A stretch of DNA of 64,000 nt from Prasinococcaceae sp. CCMP 1430 (GCA_013416795.1 RQSC01000630.1:24998-88997); one strand, 5' to 3'. Shown: positions 44,501 through 56,682, counted from the stretch's first letter. Made by a program: numbers and translations. The notes: generated by a model not told the origin, from the sequence alone.

Positions 44501-45045
44501 CCGTGATCTCCAACGTGGCTCCCTCAACGTTCGCCTACCCCCCGGTTCTGTCGGACAAGCCCAAAAAGGAGGCCAAGATCGCCAAGAAGGCGGTGCTTTC
44601 CACCGCCGCTCGCGCGAAGAAGCTCAAGGCCGAGAAGGCAAAGGTCAAGGCAGAGAAGGACGGTGGCGCCATGGACGTCGACGGCGGCGCTGCCGGCGGG
44701 GAGGACGCGCCCAAATCGGGCGAGGACGAGGACGCCAAGGCTGAGGCGGAGGCCTCCAAGCCAGAGCCCGCCAGCGAGGAGCTGGACAACCCCGCGCGGG
44801 TGGTGCCGGCGCAGGAGAAGTTTGTGTCGTTCATGGAGGGAAGCCGCTTCTTGCCGCTTAAGAAGGGGGCAAGCGCGGGCATCCTGGTGTGCAAAGATAC
44901 GACGCCGGGCGAGGAGGTGTGCGTGGTAGCTGCGGCTGTCGCTGGCGACGCGGGCGACGACAAACCGGCGGCGGGCGCCGGCGCTGACAGCGCGCCAGCG
45001 GCCGACGAGCCTGCACCGCCGCCAGCCTTCGATTTCCAGCCCTGA
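41594..45045 (+). CDS. RPN2: 26S proteasome regulatory subunit RPN2/PSMD1; intron 41743-42140
   Basis: LTSAAGVVALLDEP, AALVASKVFYHLGE, PC repeats (NWAKFSATAGLGAIH; LRYGGMYTLGLAYVGT), FWHPL, LDNPARV. Confidence 0.97.
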
Positions 45046-45214
45046 GCTGCCTGTAACAAAAGATGGCCACACCAGACTCCAGTCGTCCTGGCTGTCGACA
45101 CTGATCGCGCCAAGGGGCACGTGCTCCGGCGCGAGCTGTGCCCCTGGTCAGACTTGTTGTTATAGAGTACAAAACTATCGCTCGCGCACGCACAGCTGCA
45201 ACTTGGCTCGCTCC

Positions 45215-47465
45215 TCACGAGAACCAGTTGGAGGTCTTGCGCCCGTAGCTTGGACGGTGCTCCGCCGCCGACGCCCTCTCGTACGTCTTCTTGATGTCCT
45301 CCGCGATGGCGCTCTGGTAGGCCTGCTCGGCGAGCATGGCCTGCCTGTACTCGCGTTTCGCCTCCATGGCCGCTTGCTGCTTCTTCTCTTCCCTCGCCTG
45401 CATCTGGGCCTCGATGTCGGCCCTATTTTGCACTTTGAGGCGGTAGGAGCGCTCGGCGTCCTCGCGCGCGCGGCGGTCCATCTGGGCCTTTTCCTCGACC
45501 AGACGCGCGCGGTCCGCCATCATCTCCTGGTGCGAAGCGCGCTTCTGCTCGTCGTGCTCCGCCACCTGCCGCTTGCGCGTGGCCAGCACGTCCTCAAGCA
45601 GCTTGGCGCGCGCGTTGGCCTCCGCCTGCCATACTTTCTCGCGCTTCGCCCACGCTTGGTCCTCATACTCCTTGATGAGGCGGTCGCGCTCCCCCTCGGT
45701 CTGTGCCTCCCGCTGCATCATGGCCATCAGGTGCTTCCTGTACATGCGCGCCTCCTCCTTGGCCTGCGCCCTGGCGTCCCTCTCGCGCTCCTCCTCGGCC
45801 TTGGCCTTGTTCATCGCGTCGCGGACCATCATCTCGTCCAAGCGGCGCTCCTCTGCCAGCTGCGCCTCCACCTGCTTCTGGTTCTCAATGTTGAAGTTGA
45901 GAAGGTCAACGCCAAGCTGGCGGGCATGCGCGCGCGCGGCCTCCTCCGCGGCGGCGGCCTCGGCGTCCGCGGCCGCCCAGGTCTTCTTAAGCTCCTGCTC
46001 CTCTCGTTCGCGCTCCCTCGCATCCTCGCTCTTGCGCAGCTGGAACACGCGCAGCTGCTCGTCGAGCATCGTGACGCATTCGGCGTCACGCTGGCGCGCG
46101 GCGATGATGTCGTTCGTGTACCTTTCCTCCTTCTTCAGGCGCTCCTTCTCCCACATCTCGGCAAAAACTGCCTCCTCGGCCTGGGCCTGCTCCTTCTGAT
46201 CCTTCTTGGCCTGCACCTGCTCCGCGCGGCCGTTGGTCGCGCTGACTGTGATAATTTTGGAGTCGTGCGAGCGCAGCGGGTCGCATGCCGCGCGCCACTG
46301 CTTGTAGCGCATTTCGTCCGCGTACTTCTGGCGCGCAGCCTCGCGCCTTTCACTCAATGCCTTGGCGCGCGCCTCCATTTCCGCGTGGATGGCGACGGGG
46401 TCAGGCTTCTGGCGAAGCAGCTCCTGCTGCAGCTCCGCCTCCTCTTGCGCGAGCAGTGAGCGCAGCCGCTCACGCTTGGCGTCCAGCTCATCCTTGTCTG
46501 CGGTCTTCAGCATTTCGAATCGCCGTTGCACGATGTTGTTGGCGATGCGCTTGTTGGTCTTGTTCTCCCACTGCGCGATGCCACTGATCGTGTTGTGGTA
46601 GTCGACGTTCGCCTGGGCGTTCAGGCGGTACTCCTCCTTGCGCATCTGTTGGGCCAGCGACGCCAGGCACGGAGGCGTACGCGGCGCGGAGGGGGCACGG
46701 CGGTCAGCGCCCAGCCTCGAAGAACGACGGTGGCACAGCCCAAGACACCGCTCGACAGCCGTTGGGGGAAGGCAGCGGGGCAACGCAACCACGGGGCACG
46801 GGCACAGCACATCCACGCGCCATGCCGCGCAGCACTGCGGCGGGGACGGCGGGCGCCGTGGCCGTGGCCGACGACAGCGAAGCCGCCGCATCTCTGCAAG
46901 CCGTGTTCGGCAAAGCGCTGTGGGCGCGCGACAGGCGCTCGCGCCACGCGAGTGGGCGCGAACCGTGTGCTCATCGCGCGCAGGTTCACCCCAGGGCGCC
47001 GCTCGCCGGGGCGCGCGCGGAGGGAGCAGTCACGAACGTGCTTCGCCTCCTCGAAATTCACTGGAATGTTTTTTCGGGCGCAGCGCGCGCGCGCGCCCCA
47101 GCGCTTCCAAGCTCGCGCGCTCGCGCCGCGCGCGCGCCCCCACAGCGCGAGGCGGGAGCCCTGCCGGCAGGGCATAGCCATGGCATTGCAGTCACACCAC
47201 GGGGAGGGGCACCAGCACGCGCTCGAGGGCGTAAAGGGTGGGGTGGGGTGCACCAGTCCCCACCCACCCCGCCCGCGCGCGCCCGCTCAAACGGGCAGAA
47301 GAAAAACGGTGGGCCAAAACCAAAAGGCGGGGCGGGGGCGCGCCGCGTCGGGCCGCTCCTCCCACCGCCCCCGCCGCCACGCGCGCGCCACCAGCGCACC
47401 TTCGCGATGCGGTAGTCGGGCGGCGGCCCGCCCTTGCGCCGCGGGACCATCCCCAGGTACGACAT
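45215..47465 (-). CDS. CFAP53: CFAP53/CCDC11 (axonemal, trichoplein-like coiled coil); exon 1 47465-47400, intron 47399-46646
   Basis: KRERLRSLLAQEEAEL...MEARAKALSERREAARQKYADEMRYKQWRAACDPLRS, then a long E/K/R coil. AAG|GTGCGC...CAG|ATG splice in frame. Confidence 0.75.
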
Positions 47466-47702
47466 GGAGGCCGGCCGGCAGGCGAGGGGCGAGGGGGGGG
47501 GGGGGAAGGGCGGCGCGCACGCGCCCGCTCTGGCGCGTCCCGAGCGCGCGCGCGCCGCGCGCTCGAAATGGCAGAGGAGAGCAGGGGCAAAGGCAGGCGC
47601 GGGCAGGGGTCAAACGCGCGGGGGCGCGCGCGCGCGTTTGCGCGGGCGCGCCGGTTCGGTGCGGTGTTCGGTGTTGGTTCGGTCTGGTCCGGAGTGGTTT
47701 GC

Positions 47703-47878
47703 CAATTGGTTTGGTTTGGTTTGGTTTGGTGTGGTTTGGTTTGGTTTGGTTTGCTTCGGTTCGGTTTGGTTTGGTTTGCTTCGGCTTTGTTTGGTTTGGT
47801 TTGGTTTGCAATTGGTTTGATTTGGTTTGGTTGTGTGTGTGGATTGCTTCGGTTTGGTTTGGTTTGTGGTTCGGTTTC
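47703..47878 (+). repeat. Degenerate (GGTTT)n pentanucleotide array, ~175 bp
   Basis: Direct reading. Confidence 0.95.
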
Positions 47879-48167
47879 GATGAGGGTTAGTGGCGCGGTT
47901 CGAGGAGCGTTCCCCCGCGGGCGCGCGCGCGCGCGCGTGGCGCCCGCGGACCGCTGTGCATGCCGTGGCGCGCGATGGTTCCGTGCAGGAGAAGGGGGCG
48001 AGGGGGACAGGGGCGCGCGTGCCACAGCCGCCGCCGTCGCCAGCGGCGCCTCCCGCGGCCAGGCGGCGGCGGGCAGCTGTCGCCGGCGCTTCGTCGGCGC
48101 CTGGCGCTGCTCCGTGTTGCAGCGGCGCGCGCCGCCTGCCTGCACGAGGCTGCACTCAGCGGCGCCA

Positions 48168-50682
48168 ATGGCATTCGAGGGCACAGAAAATGCTCAGCCA
48201 AGGCGACCGCCGCCCACAAAGCCCCCACCGCCGATAGGTCCACCACCCAAGAAGCCCCCACCGCCCCCAGGTCCGCCGCCCAGCAAATCGCCGGCGCAGA
48301 CACTGAAGGTGCGCAGAGGAACCCGTCGCAGCGCGAGCTACGTGACGCCCCCACGCGTGCTAACGCAATCCCCTTGTCCGCGCGTGCTGCGTGCGGCTCC
48401 TCTTCACGCACTGGCGGCGTGGCGTACGCGGGCGTCGCGGCGATCATGCTCCACAGAATGGCGCCCATCCGACGTTCGCAGTGGTGGTCGAGGGCAAGGA
48501 GATTGTCATCGAGGTGGCGCAGATGGCCCTGTACTTTCGCGACCCGGTGAGCCGCGGCGCGAAGAAGGTGGCTCTCGCCAGCGTATACCAATGGACATAT
48601 GCGGACGAACGTTGGAAGCCGGGTCCGCCCGAGTGCATCGACCTGCAGGTGCTTGCGCCTGGAGGCTCGGTGGCTGAAACGCGCGTTGTCTGTCGCTCGC
48701 GTGCGGACGCGGAGACTTTTGCCCGAGCTCTCTCGGAGGCAGTGGCGCGGGCCACCGGTGCTGATGTCACCGTCGGTACGAGTGCGCAACTCGGTGAGTC
48801 AGACATTGCGCCAACAAAGAAGTCGGAGCACTCTTCAGAAGCGAGTAGTCGCGTTCGAGACTTGCCAGCACAGGGCAACGCGAAGTCGCCGCTTGAATTG
48901 TTTTTCAGGACGCTCGATGGCAGCGGCGCATGCACCGAGCCGAGGCAGGAGGAGGCAACGACCCTTGACATTCCCGCCAGCGAAAGCTCGGTGCAGACGG
49001 TGGCTGAGACGGACAGCTTGGAGACACATTCAGCAGCCGCCGCGAGTGAAGTCTCAGCGCCCGCGACGCCCAGTGTTGCTCTCGCGAGTGTCCCCGACCC
49101 GGGAGACGTGGGAGAACGCGCGGTTTCCATAGTGGTGCCGGGGAAGGCGAACGAGCCCGCCATCGCGAGCCTCAATGAGGGCACGCTAGTGCTCAAGGCT
49201 CCCTCTGGTGATACTATGGCATCCATTGCGGCCTCGGAGATCGTGCAGGTCCAGCACGGTCGCGGGGATGACGACGACATCGCTGGGGGCCACGTGGACT
49301 TGCGCTTTGCACTGCGCACGACCGGCGCCCTGCGCGACATGCGCCTGCGATGCGCGCCGGGTACAGACGCATCGCGCATCGCAGAAGAGATGCGTTTGCA
49401 AATGGATGTGGCCAAAACCACCATGGCAGGCGACAAGGCAGTCGCTGCTGCTGAGAGTGACGTCTTTCTGTCGCCTGCTCGAGTGCGCACACAGTCTCCA
49501 GAGGAGGCGGCGGCGCGCCACATAGCCTACGCCGCTGTGGAGGCCCTCGTGCAAGCGCGCCGCAGCGAGGTAGAGGCTGCAGAGGCTCGCAGTCAAGCGG
49601 AGGCCGCGGTGCGCTGCTACGAGATGGACTTAAACGCTGAGGTGCGCCGACGTGAATTCGCGGAGGCTAGGGCCGAGCTTGCTGCCAAGGAGCTCGCACT
49701 GCAGCTCGCTGAGGCACAGCTGGGCGATGTCGTGCCTACGCGCCGCCTACGCGGAGTGGTGTGGCGCTTGGCCGCCAAGGCAGCGCTGTCGGCGCACCGA
49801 TTGGGCTTGTGCGAGGAGCTCTTCGCTCAAATGCGCCGTGAGATTCAGGAGCAGCGCACGTGGTTGGTGGCTGTCGAGGGCGGGGCGAGCGAGTGCAATG
49901 CACAGCGCGCGATTTTGCACGAGGGCGACACCTCCGCCGTGGAAGCGCACGATCTGGCGAAGCAGCACGGTCCGTCCGAGCAATGGAAGCACCTAGCGGA
50001 CAGATCCAGGCGCATGCGCGCGATCGAAATCGTTACTGAGACTGCTCGCGAGGAGGGCCGAGCGCAGGCAATGGCCGAGGCAGCTGCGCTCCAGGGGGCC
50101 CTGGAGCAGAGTAAAGGGGAAGTCGAGGAACTCACGCAGCAGCTGGCGACGGCACGCGAGGAGCTGCGTTTGCAGGAGGTTTCCCTGAAGGACACGCTCG
50201 GACGTGCCGAAGGCGCCGAGATCAGAGCGCACGCCGCCGGGCTGGCTACGTCCGTGATTGTATTCGACGGCGAGGTGTCGGACGACACTGTGCTCGGTGA
50301 GGTCCCCATCGCCGAGTCGGATTCGGTGGGATGGCTGCTTGGCAAGGTGCGGGACGAGCTTGGCATTTCCATCGAGGACAGCATCGAGGGCAAACGATGT
50401 CCATTGCCAGGCTCGTTGGCTGTGCCACCGGGATCGGGCACGCAGGCACGCACGGCAATCGGTAGCGCGCTGGGCGTCGAGAGCGGGCAGGCGACGCTCA
50501 TCGTCAGGCGCATGGCGCTCGGTATGACCAGCGCCAGCGAGGCAAACGCGAACACCGGGGACTCCAGCGCAATATCGTGTGCATCCAAGGTTGAGGCTAC
50601 GCCTGCGGTCGCGTCGCCCCCGCCGGCGCTGGTGTCGCCCTCTGTGCCCGCGGTGCCGCTCCCGCCGATACCGCTGGACTAA
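48168..50682 (+). CDS. Unknown protein: Pro-rich exon, two beta-rich PH-like segments, coiled coil and a possible ubiquitin-like C-terminal segment; intron ~48310-48456
   Basis: PPPTKPPPP...TLK|NGAHPTFAVV joins in phase 0 to a long ORF. Domain calls are pattern guesses. A possible earlier first exon lies at 47568. Confidence 0.6.
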
Positions 50683-50887
50683 ACAGACATGCTTCGACGT
50701 AAAATTTGCCTGCGAAGGCGATCTGTGGCAGGAAACATCATTTTGTACACGTACAGGGGAATGCCGCGTGCGCTCGAGCGGCGAGCGCGGCGTCCACGAG
50801 GGTTTCTGAGCGCGAGCGCCATTGCTTGCGGACGCGCGAAGGCGAAGGCGAAGAAGCCGGCTCACTTCTGGTGCGAAAGTCCGGCCA

Positions 50888-52477
50888 TCAGAAGTCCATC
50901 AGCAACGAGGCGGCTGTCTCCTCGTTGCCCTGCGCGGCGGTCAGCGCCTGCAGCACCTTGTCCCGCGGAAAGCCCAGATCCATGAGCGCCTTCACCTTGG
51001 CCTCGGGGAAGGCGCCGCTTTGCAACACCGGCGCATTCGCGGCGGCAGTCGGGGCAGGAGGCGCCTCGGGTGCGCCCGCCGTGGGCTCCCCCTCGCGCTC
51101 GCGCTTCTGTCCGCTACCGCCTGCCTGCGCGTCATCTCCTCCGTCCACGAGCCTTTGCGCCGCGGGTACGTCGCCCTCTCCTAGGAATGGCACGCTCAGC
51201 CCCTCCACGGAGCCGAACTCGAGCCTGTTGGTCTTGAGGTTGATGGAGCACTGATGGCGTTTGAGCATGTCCAGGCCAAAGAGGAAGTCCATGTCTTTGG
51301 ACTCCATGATCGTTATAGCGCAGGCCATGTTATGGCCACCTACCTTCATGGGCGCCATGTGCACACGCCCGAGGATCCTGCCCGTGCCGACGCCCTTGGC
51401 GATGCCACTGAAGCGCCTGTCGATCAGCCGCATGAGGCCGACCTCCTCGGCGACGTGCTGGCCCATGATGGTCATCTGCGCTCCCGAGTCGACAAACGCT
51501 TTCAGAGGGTGGCCGTTGATTTCCAGATCGACGTAGAGCATGTGCACGTTGCCGAACACCTCGGGTGTGTACTCCATGGCATTCGCCATGTTCTCGTGCA
51601 CATTTTCCTGCCGGATCTGCTCCTCCAGCTCCTTCTGAGCCTCAATATCGAAAGGGTCCGCGGCGATGCGCCGCTCTAGGTCCACGCGCTTGCGCAGCTG
51701 CTCGCGACGCGCGCTGTGCTGCCGCGTGAAGTACTCGACCATCTTGCCGAGGTCGCCCGCCACGATGAGCTCCGCTAGCTGTGGCTGCTCCACGCGCAAC
51801 TGCCCCATCACCTGCGCGTTGGCCATCAGGTGCGCGCGCAGCGCCGCCGGGTTGAGCGGGGCGCCGGTCTGCGGGTCCATTTTCATCGGGTCTTGCTGCT
51901 GCACCTGCGCCTGCGCCTGCTGCGAGTGAGCGGACGCGCGCTGCGGGCGCTTGAAGAGCATGATGAGGTCATTGGCGCCCACACCGCAGCTCTGCATCGA
52001 CGCCGCGCTATCATCCAGCGCCCTGCCGTTAAACACGAGCAGCTGCTCTGCTATGGGTCGCCCGGTGTCGACCTCGAGGAGCGCCTGGCGCGAGAGTGCG
52101 GCGCAAAGGAGTCCAGTACACGCACACCAGGCACGGCGCACGCACGCAGGCTTATTCAGTCAGCGGCAGCATGCGGTGGCGAGGTCTGCGTCGCGCTCCT
52201 ACGGTCACATGAGGCCCTCGCATACACCCAGGAGCGAGCCCCGGCCAACGCTGCGTTCCATCTGGCGAAGCGCCGCGGCAGCTGAGGCAGCAGCTGAGGT
52301 TCAAGTCGTCCGCCTGCAAGTCCGTCCCCGCTCTCTCTCTCTCTCTCTCTCTCGCGCGCGTTCATGCGGACGCGCCCCTGCGCGGGCACACACCTTCAGG
52401 TTCTCGACGGGGTCGGCGAGGTCCACATCGACCATGTAGATCTGGTCATCGTCGGCGGTGATCGTCAGCGGTGCCAT
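50888..52477 (-). CDS. DDI1: DDI1 (UBL, retroviral-like aspartyl protease, UBA); intron 52393-52085
   Basis: MLYVDLEINGHPLKAFVDSGAQMTIM, IDRRFSGIAKGVGTGRILGRVH, FLFGLDMLKRHQCSI, and UBA VKALMDLGFPRDKVLQAL. Confidence 0.97.
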
Positions 52478-52887
52478 GGCGTGCCGCGCCGCGCCCAGCG
52501 TGCGCGCTGTGTCCCAGGAGCGCTGTCCGTGTCGCATCAAACAAAGCGCTCTCGGAAAAACAGCACAAAAACCGGAGCCTGCGCCACACGCGCGCGCGGG
52601 GGCGCAGAGCTCCGCGCCCACTCCGACACGTCCGGTCGCGCTTCCCCCTCCGCGCCCGCTGCCCCTCCCCTCCCCCTCCCCCGGCCCCATCCCCCCCCGG
52701 CCCCATCCCACCGCATCCCTTCTCACAACGCCCTCTTTCGTCCCGCTGCTTGCCCGCGCGTGTGGCCCCCACCCCACCCTGCCCGGCGGCTGCGCCCGCG
52801 ATGCGCCGCGACCAGCACGCATCGGCGTGACGCGCGGCGCCCCTGGGCAGTGGCGGGGGGGGTAAGCGCTGTGAGACCCGAGGCGCA

Positions 52888-54510
52888 ATGCCCCCAAGGC
52901 GGCGGCGCGAGGCGCGCGAGCCGGATGATGAGGCGGCCGGAGGCGCGGAGGTGGGCGCGGAGGCTCGCGAGGATGGCATGGTGGCGTCGTTCGCGCCGTC
53001 CTCGGGGCAGCTCGCAGTGCACAAGAAGAAGGTCGAGGAGGTGCGCGCGTGGCTTGAGGGCGCACGCGGCGGTGGTACCCGCGTTGCCGTCCTCACCGGC
53101 CCGGCGGGCTGTGGAAAGAGCGCGACGCTGCGAGCGCTCGCGGCCGAGGCGGGGCTGTGCATCGCAGAGTACACACCGGCTGCGCCTACGCTCTGGGAAG
53201 AGCACCAGCGGCTTGGCCGAGCACAGGGTGAGGCGGTGGACGTCGACTACACCTCCAAGGTCGCCGACTTCGAGCGCTTCCTCGTGCAGGCGGTGGCATT
53301 CCCCGCACTGCAGCTTCAGGGTGGCAGCGGCGGCGGCGGTGCGAGAATGGTCATTATTGATGACTTGCCTTACGCGCACAATGCTGATGCAGAGCAGGCA
53401 CTGTTGAAGGCCATCGATGGCGCGCTGCGTCGAGCGAACGGACCGGTCGCCATCGTGCTTTCAGACGAGTCCGCTCCACTGGGCGTGATGACGGGGCTCG
53501 AGACGCTCGCATCGCAGCGAGGTGCGACGACAATCAAGTTCAACCCCGTCACGGAACGTGCGCTGGCGGCGGCCCTCGAGGCTGCCGCGCCGGGCGCGGG
53601 GCGTGGCGCGTGCGAGACCATCGCAGCGGGCGCTCAGGGCGACCTCCGGCACGCCCTGCTTGCGCTTCAGTTTCACATGGGCGGTGCCGCGCTCACGCAG
53701 CCCTGGCCGAGCGAAAAGTTCAAGCCGAAGCGCCGGAAGACGGTTGCGGCGTCGACAGCAGGCTGCGGGGACGGTCCGGCCGACAAACGGAGGAAAGCCG
53801 CGGCTGCTGTTGCCGGGGCCGCCCGCGGCGACAGCCTGTCCATCTTTCATGCGCTTGGCAAGATCATGTACAACAAGCGCGCCGAGCCGACTGAGCCTGG
53901 CAGTCGCGGCGCCCCACTGTTCGATCCCGAGGCCGTCATCGACGCGTCGAAGCTCGAGCCCGAGCGAGTGATGGATTTTCTGCAAGAGAATGCCATCGAT
54001 TACGTGAACGCCGACGCCATCGATGATCTGATGGACCTCACAGCGGGTCTGAGCGATGCGGCCGACGCGCTCGAGATGGCAGGCAGGGTTGAGTTTCGCG
54101 GAGCTAGTCGTGGCCGCCGTAGCGCTGGTGCCGGGGTGGACGTGCGCGTGTCCACGTCGTGCGCAGCGTCGTTGGCCGCGCGCGCCACGATGCTCGCGCT
54201 GCGTGCGGAGCGGCCAAAGCTGGGCTTCAGGCAGATGCGACCCCCGCGAGTGATCTCGGCGGCGAAAGAGGCGCGCAGGCGCAGCGCTGCGGCGAACCTG
54301 CGGCGAGGCGCGCTGTCTGCGGGGGACGCTGCCACGGCCAGGGAGATGGAAGCATACCAAGGTACAATAGAGACTGGGCGCGCCTTTCTCGAGCTGATGG
54401 AACAGGAGATATGCTCGGGGGCAGCCGGCGCGGGGGGCAGTGGGCAGCGCCGGGCAGCTGCGGGCGACGATCCGATCGAGGACTCGTCGGACGATGGCGG
54501 CGGTTTCTGA
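52888..54510 (+). CDS. RAD17: RAD17/Rad24 checkpoint clamp loader, intronless
   Basis: LAVHKKKVEEVRAWL, Walker A GPAGCGKS, IIDDLP, IKFNPV, GDLRHAL, SIFHALGKIMYNKR. Confidence 0.92.
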   Translation: MPPRRRREAREPDDEAAGGAEVGAEAREDGMVASFAPSSGQLAVHKKKVEEVRAWLEGARGGGTRVAVLTGPAGCGKSATLRALAAEAGLCIAEYTPAAPTLWEEHQRLGRAQGEAVDVDYTSKVADFERFLVQAVAFPALQLQGGSGGGGARMVIIDDLPYAHNADAEQALLKAIDGALRRANGPVAIVLSDESAPLGVMTGLETLASQRGATTIKFNPVTERALAAALEAAAPGAGRGACETIAAGAQGDLRHALLALQFHMGGAALTQPWPSEKFKPKRRKTVAASTAGCGDGPADKRRKAAAAVAGAARGDSLSIFHALGKIMYNKRAEPTEPGSRGAPLFDPEAVIDASKLEPERVMDFLQENAIDYVNADAIDDLMDLTAGLSDAADALEMAGRVEFRGASRGRRSAGAGVDVRVSTSCAASLAARATMLALRAERPKLGFRQMRPPRVISAAKEARRRSAAANLRRGALSAGDAATAREMEAYQGTIETGRAFLELMEQEICSGAAGAGGSGQRRAAAGDDPIEDSSDDGGGF

Positions 54511-54742
54511 TCGGCGGGGGAGGAGGGTGATAATGATGGAGCGGGGTATTGGGTCGTGCTTCGGTGCGGACCGACACTTCGCTACTTTTTAATATTTGAA
54601 TTTGGTCGAGTGCACTCGATGGGGTGTGCTGCGGCTGCTGCGGTCTTCGCGCTCTCGTGTCGTCGCGTGTATCGCGGACTCCTGGCCCGGCCGCAGCGCC
54701 TTCGTCTCGTGCCTCTTCGTGCGGCGTGCCTGCGCCATCGCC

Positions 54743-55630
54743 TCACGCTGTGAAGAAAATGGTCACAACTATGACAATGACGAAGAACACGGCCCAACGG
54801 AGGAATCCGGTGTATCTGTAGATCGACCTGCCACGATGCACACGTGCTCGGAGCGCCTGCTGATTTTCAACGTCTACTATCACGCGCTCGCCGTCTGGCC
54901 CCACCAGCACGCCTCCCCCCGGCCCTGAGAAGTCCGGGTGGACGGTCCCGCGCTGGCTAAACACCCGGACTTCGAGAGGCTGTGCAGGCTGTGCTCCGTC
55001 GTCGTCGTCGCCCAGGATTTCTTCGAGTGTCGTCCCCGACAGCGCCAGCAAGTCGTTGAGTTCGGCGTCGCCCAGCTCCGTGCGGCAGAAGGGGCACGTC
55101 GGGCGGGCTTCGCCACCGGCCTGGCGAATGCGCGCACGCTGGCCTGGAAGGTTCGCCCACGCGCGAATCCAGCTGCCGGCACACACTACGCAAGCGCGCT
55201 GGTGGCAGCACGCAAAGACGTGGCCCAGGGCATCCTCGCCGTCCTCGACATCACCCGCTCCGAGCGGCTCGCTGCAGATCGCACACTCCTTCGGTCCGGC
55301 CGCTAGCGAGCTGTCGCTGCCCTGACGGCACACTGGGCACAGCTCCGTGCTGGCGGCGGTGCTTGGCTTGGGCGAGGACCTCGGTGGGGAGGACGACGCG
55401 TCGTTGGCGTCGGTGGCATCAGCGCCACCGTCGCGTTCCTGGTCCCCGGAGGCCTCGGGCGTCGAAGACGCTCCGTTTCCGCTGTCGCGTGCACCCACTC
55501 CCTCTCTGGCGGCGGCCGGCGACATGAGGCTGCCTCGCAGAGCAGCGAATGTAGCCGGCCCTCCTGTCCCGCCGCCTGCCTGCGCTTGGTCTTCTTCCGG
55601 ACCCGCGTGCGGACGCTTCCCCTGCGTCAG
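54743..55630 (-). CDS. RING-finger protein with a C-terminal TM tail (probable membrane E3 ligase)
   Basis: CAIC...ACCHQRACVVC...W...CPFCR and terminal FLRWAVFFVIVIVVTIFFTA. The 5' end is unresolved. Confidence 0.75.
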   Translation of the reverse strand: MTQGKRPHAGPEEDQAQAGGGTGGPATFAALRGSLMSPAAAREGVGARDSGNGASSTPEASGDQERDGGADATDANDASSSPPRSSPKPSTAASTELCPVCRQGSDSSLAAGPKECAICSEPLGAGDVEDGEDALGHVFACCHQRACVVCAGSWIRAWANLPGQRARIRQAGGEARPTCPFCRTELGDAELNDLLALSGTTLEEILGDDDDGAQPAQPLEVRVFSQRGTVHPDFSGPGGGVLVGPDGERVIVDVENQQALRARVHRGRSIYRYTGFLRWAVFFVIVIVVTIFFTA

Positions 55631-55764
55631 CGCACTTGACACTGCGTGATGGTAGTCTTCAAGGTAGCGCACCCACAAAGCCCGCCCCGCTGTCGTTGGA
55701 GGCGCGCACCCAGCACGCTCGCCGGCACCGCCTCGCGGCCGCGCCCGACCGCACCCCGCCAGGT

Positions 55765-56645
55765 AGCGCCGGCCCGCCGGGCCCGGGCCGAGTCACCGGG
55801 TTCTCGGTCGCGGGCGGGCGACGTGCTGGCCTGCGGCGGGGCCACCGGATCGCCGCCGGGCGCCACGCTCGAGGCGGCGCCCTTGGGCGCCGCGCCGCCC
55901 TCCGCCTGAGCCTCAAGCCCCGCTTGGAGGAGCGCCGGGTCGGCGCGCGCCGCCGCCACGCCCTCCTCAGACAGGAAGTAATTCGGGAGCTCCGCGCCGC
56001 GCGCCCGCTCCAGCGACGCGCTCAGCCTCGCGCGCTCGGCCCCTGCTCGCTCTCGCGAGGCCTGCTGCTCCTGCGCGTGCGCACGCTCGCGCCCTTCCAC
56101 CTGCTGCCGGCCAGCCCAGGCCGCTGCCGGCGCCTCCGGCGCCACCCGCGGCGCCGTCGCCGGCGCGTGCTCGGCAGCGTACGCGGCGGCGGCGGCGGCC
56201 TCGCTCTCGCGGATGGCCATCGCGCGGGCGAGCACCTCCGAGGCTGCCGCGAGCTCCTCGTCCGAGCGCACCTCCGGCACGGCGTACGCCTCGGCGGAGC
56301 GCTCCTCCATGGCGGCCCCCCACTCCTTGAAGGCGCCCAACGCGACGGCCGTGGCCTCGAGCTGCTCACCGTCGAGCTCAGCCGCGATGAAGAACTGGCG
56401 GTAGGCGACAGGGCGCGCGTCGCTGGCCGCGCCGTCGACGGTGGCGGCGCTGGGCTCGGCCGGCGGCGCTGCGACGCAGCGCGGCAGCGGTGGCAGAACG
56501 GCGGCGGCGCCGACAATTACTGAAATTGCAATTAAAAACCCGATTGAAAATAGAGGCAGAAAATCAGAAAATGACAAAGGCGGGCGGGCACTGGCAGCCC
56601 GTGGTCCCACACGGCGCGCGGCGCGCGGAAACTTGGGAGGCCGGG

Positions 56646-56682
<37 letters not shown>

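Noticed and set aside
47238-48184. ORFs with LVWFG or QTKPN repeats resembling membrane or repeat proteins
   Set aside because: They are frame translations of the (GGTTT)n DNA repeat.
50888-51560. Retroviral-type aspartyl protease (DSG) as a retrotransposon sign
   Set aside because: It is flanked by UBL and UBA domains, so it is the host DDI1. No RT, integrase or LTR is present.
54606-54619. 14-bp perfect palindrome TCGAGTGCACTCGA between convergent genes
   Set aside because: It is a single short occurrence with no supporting context.
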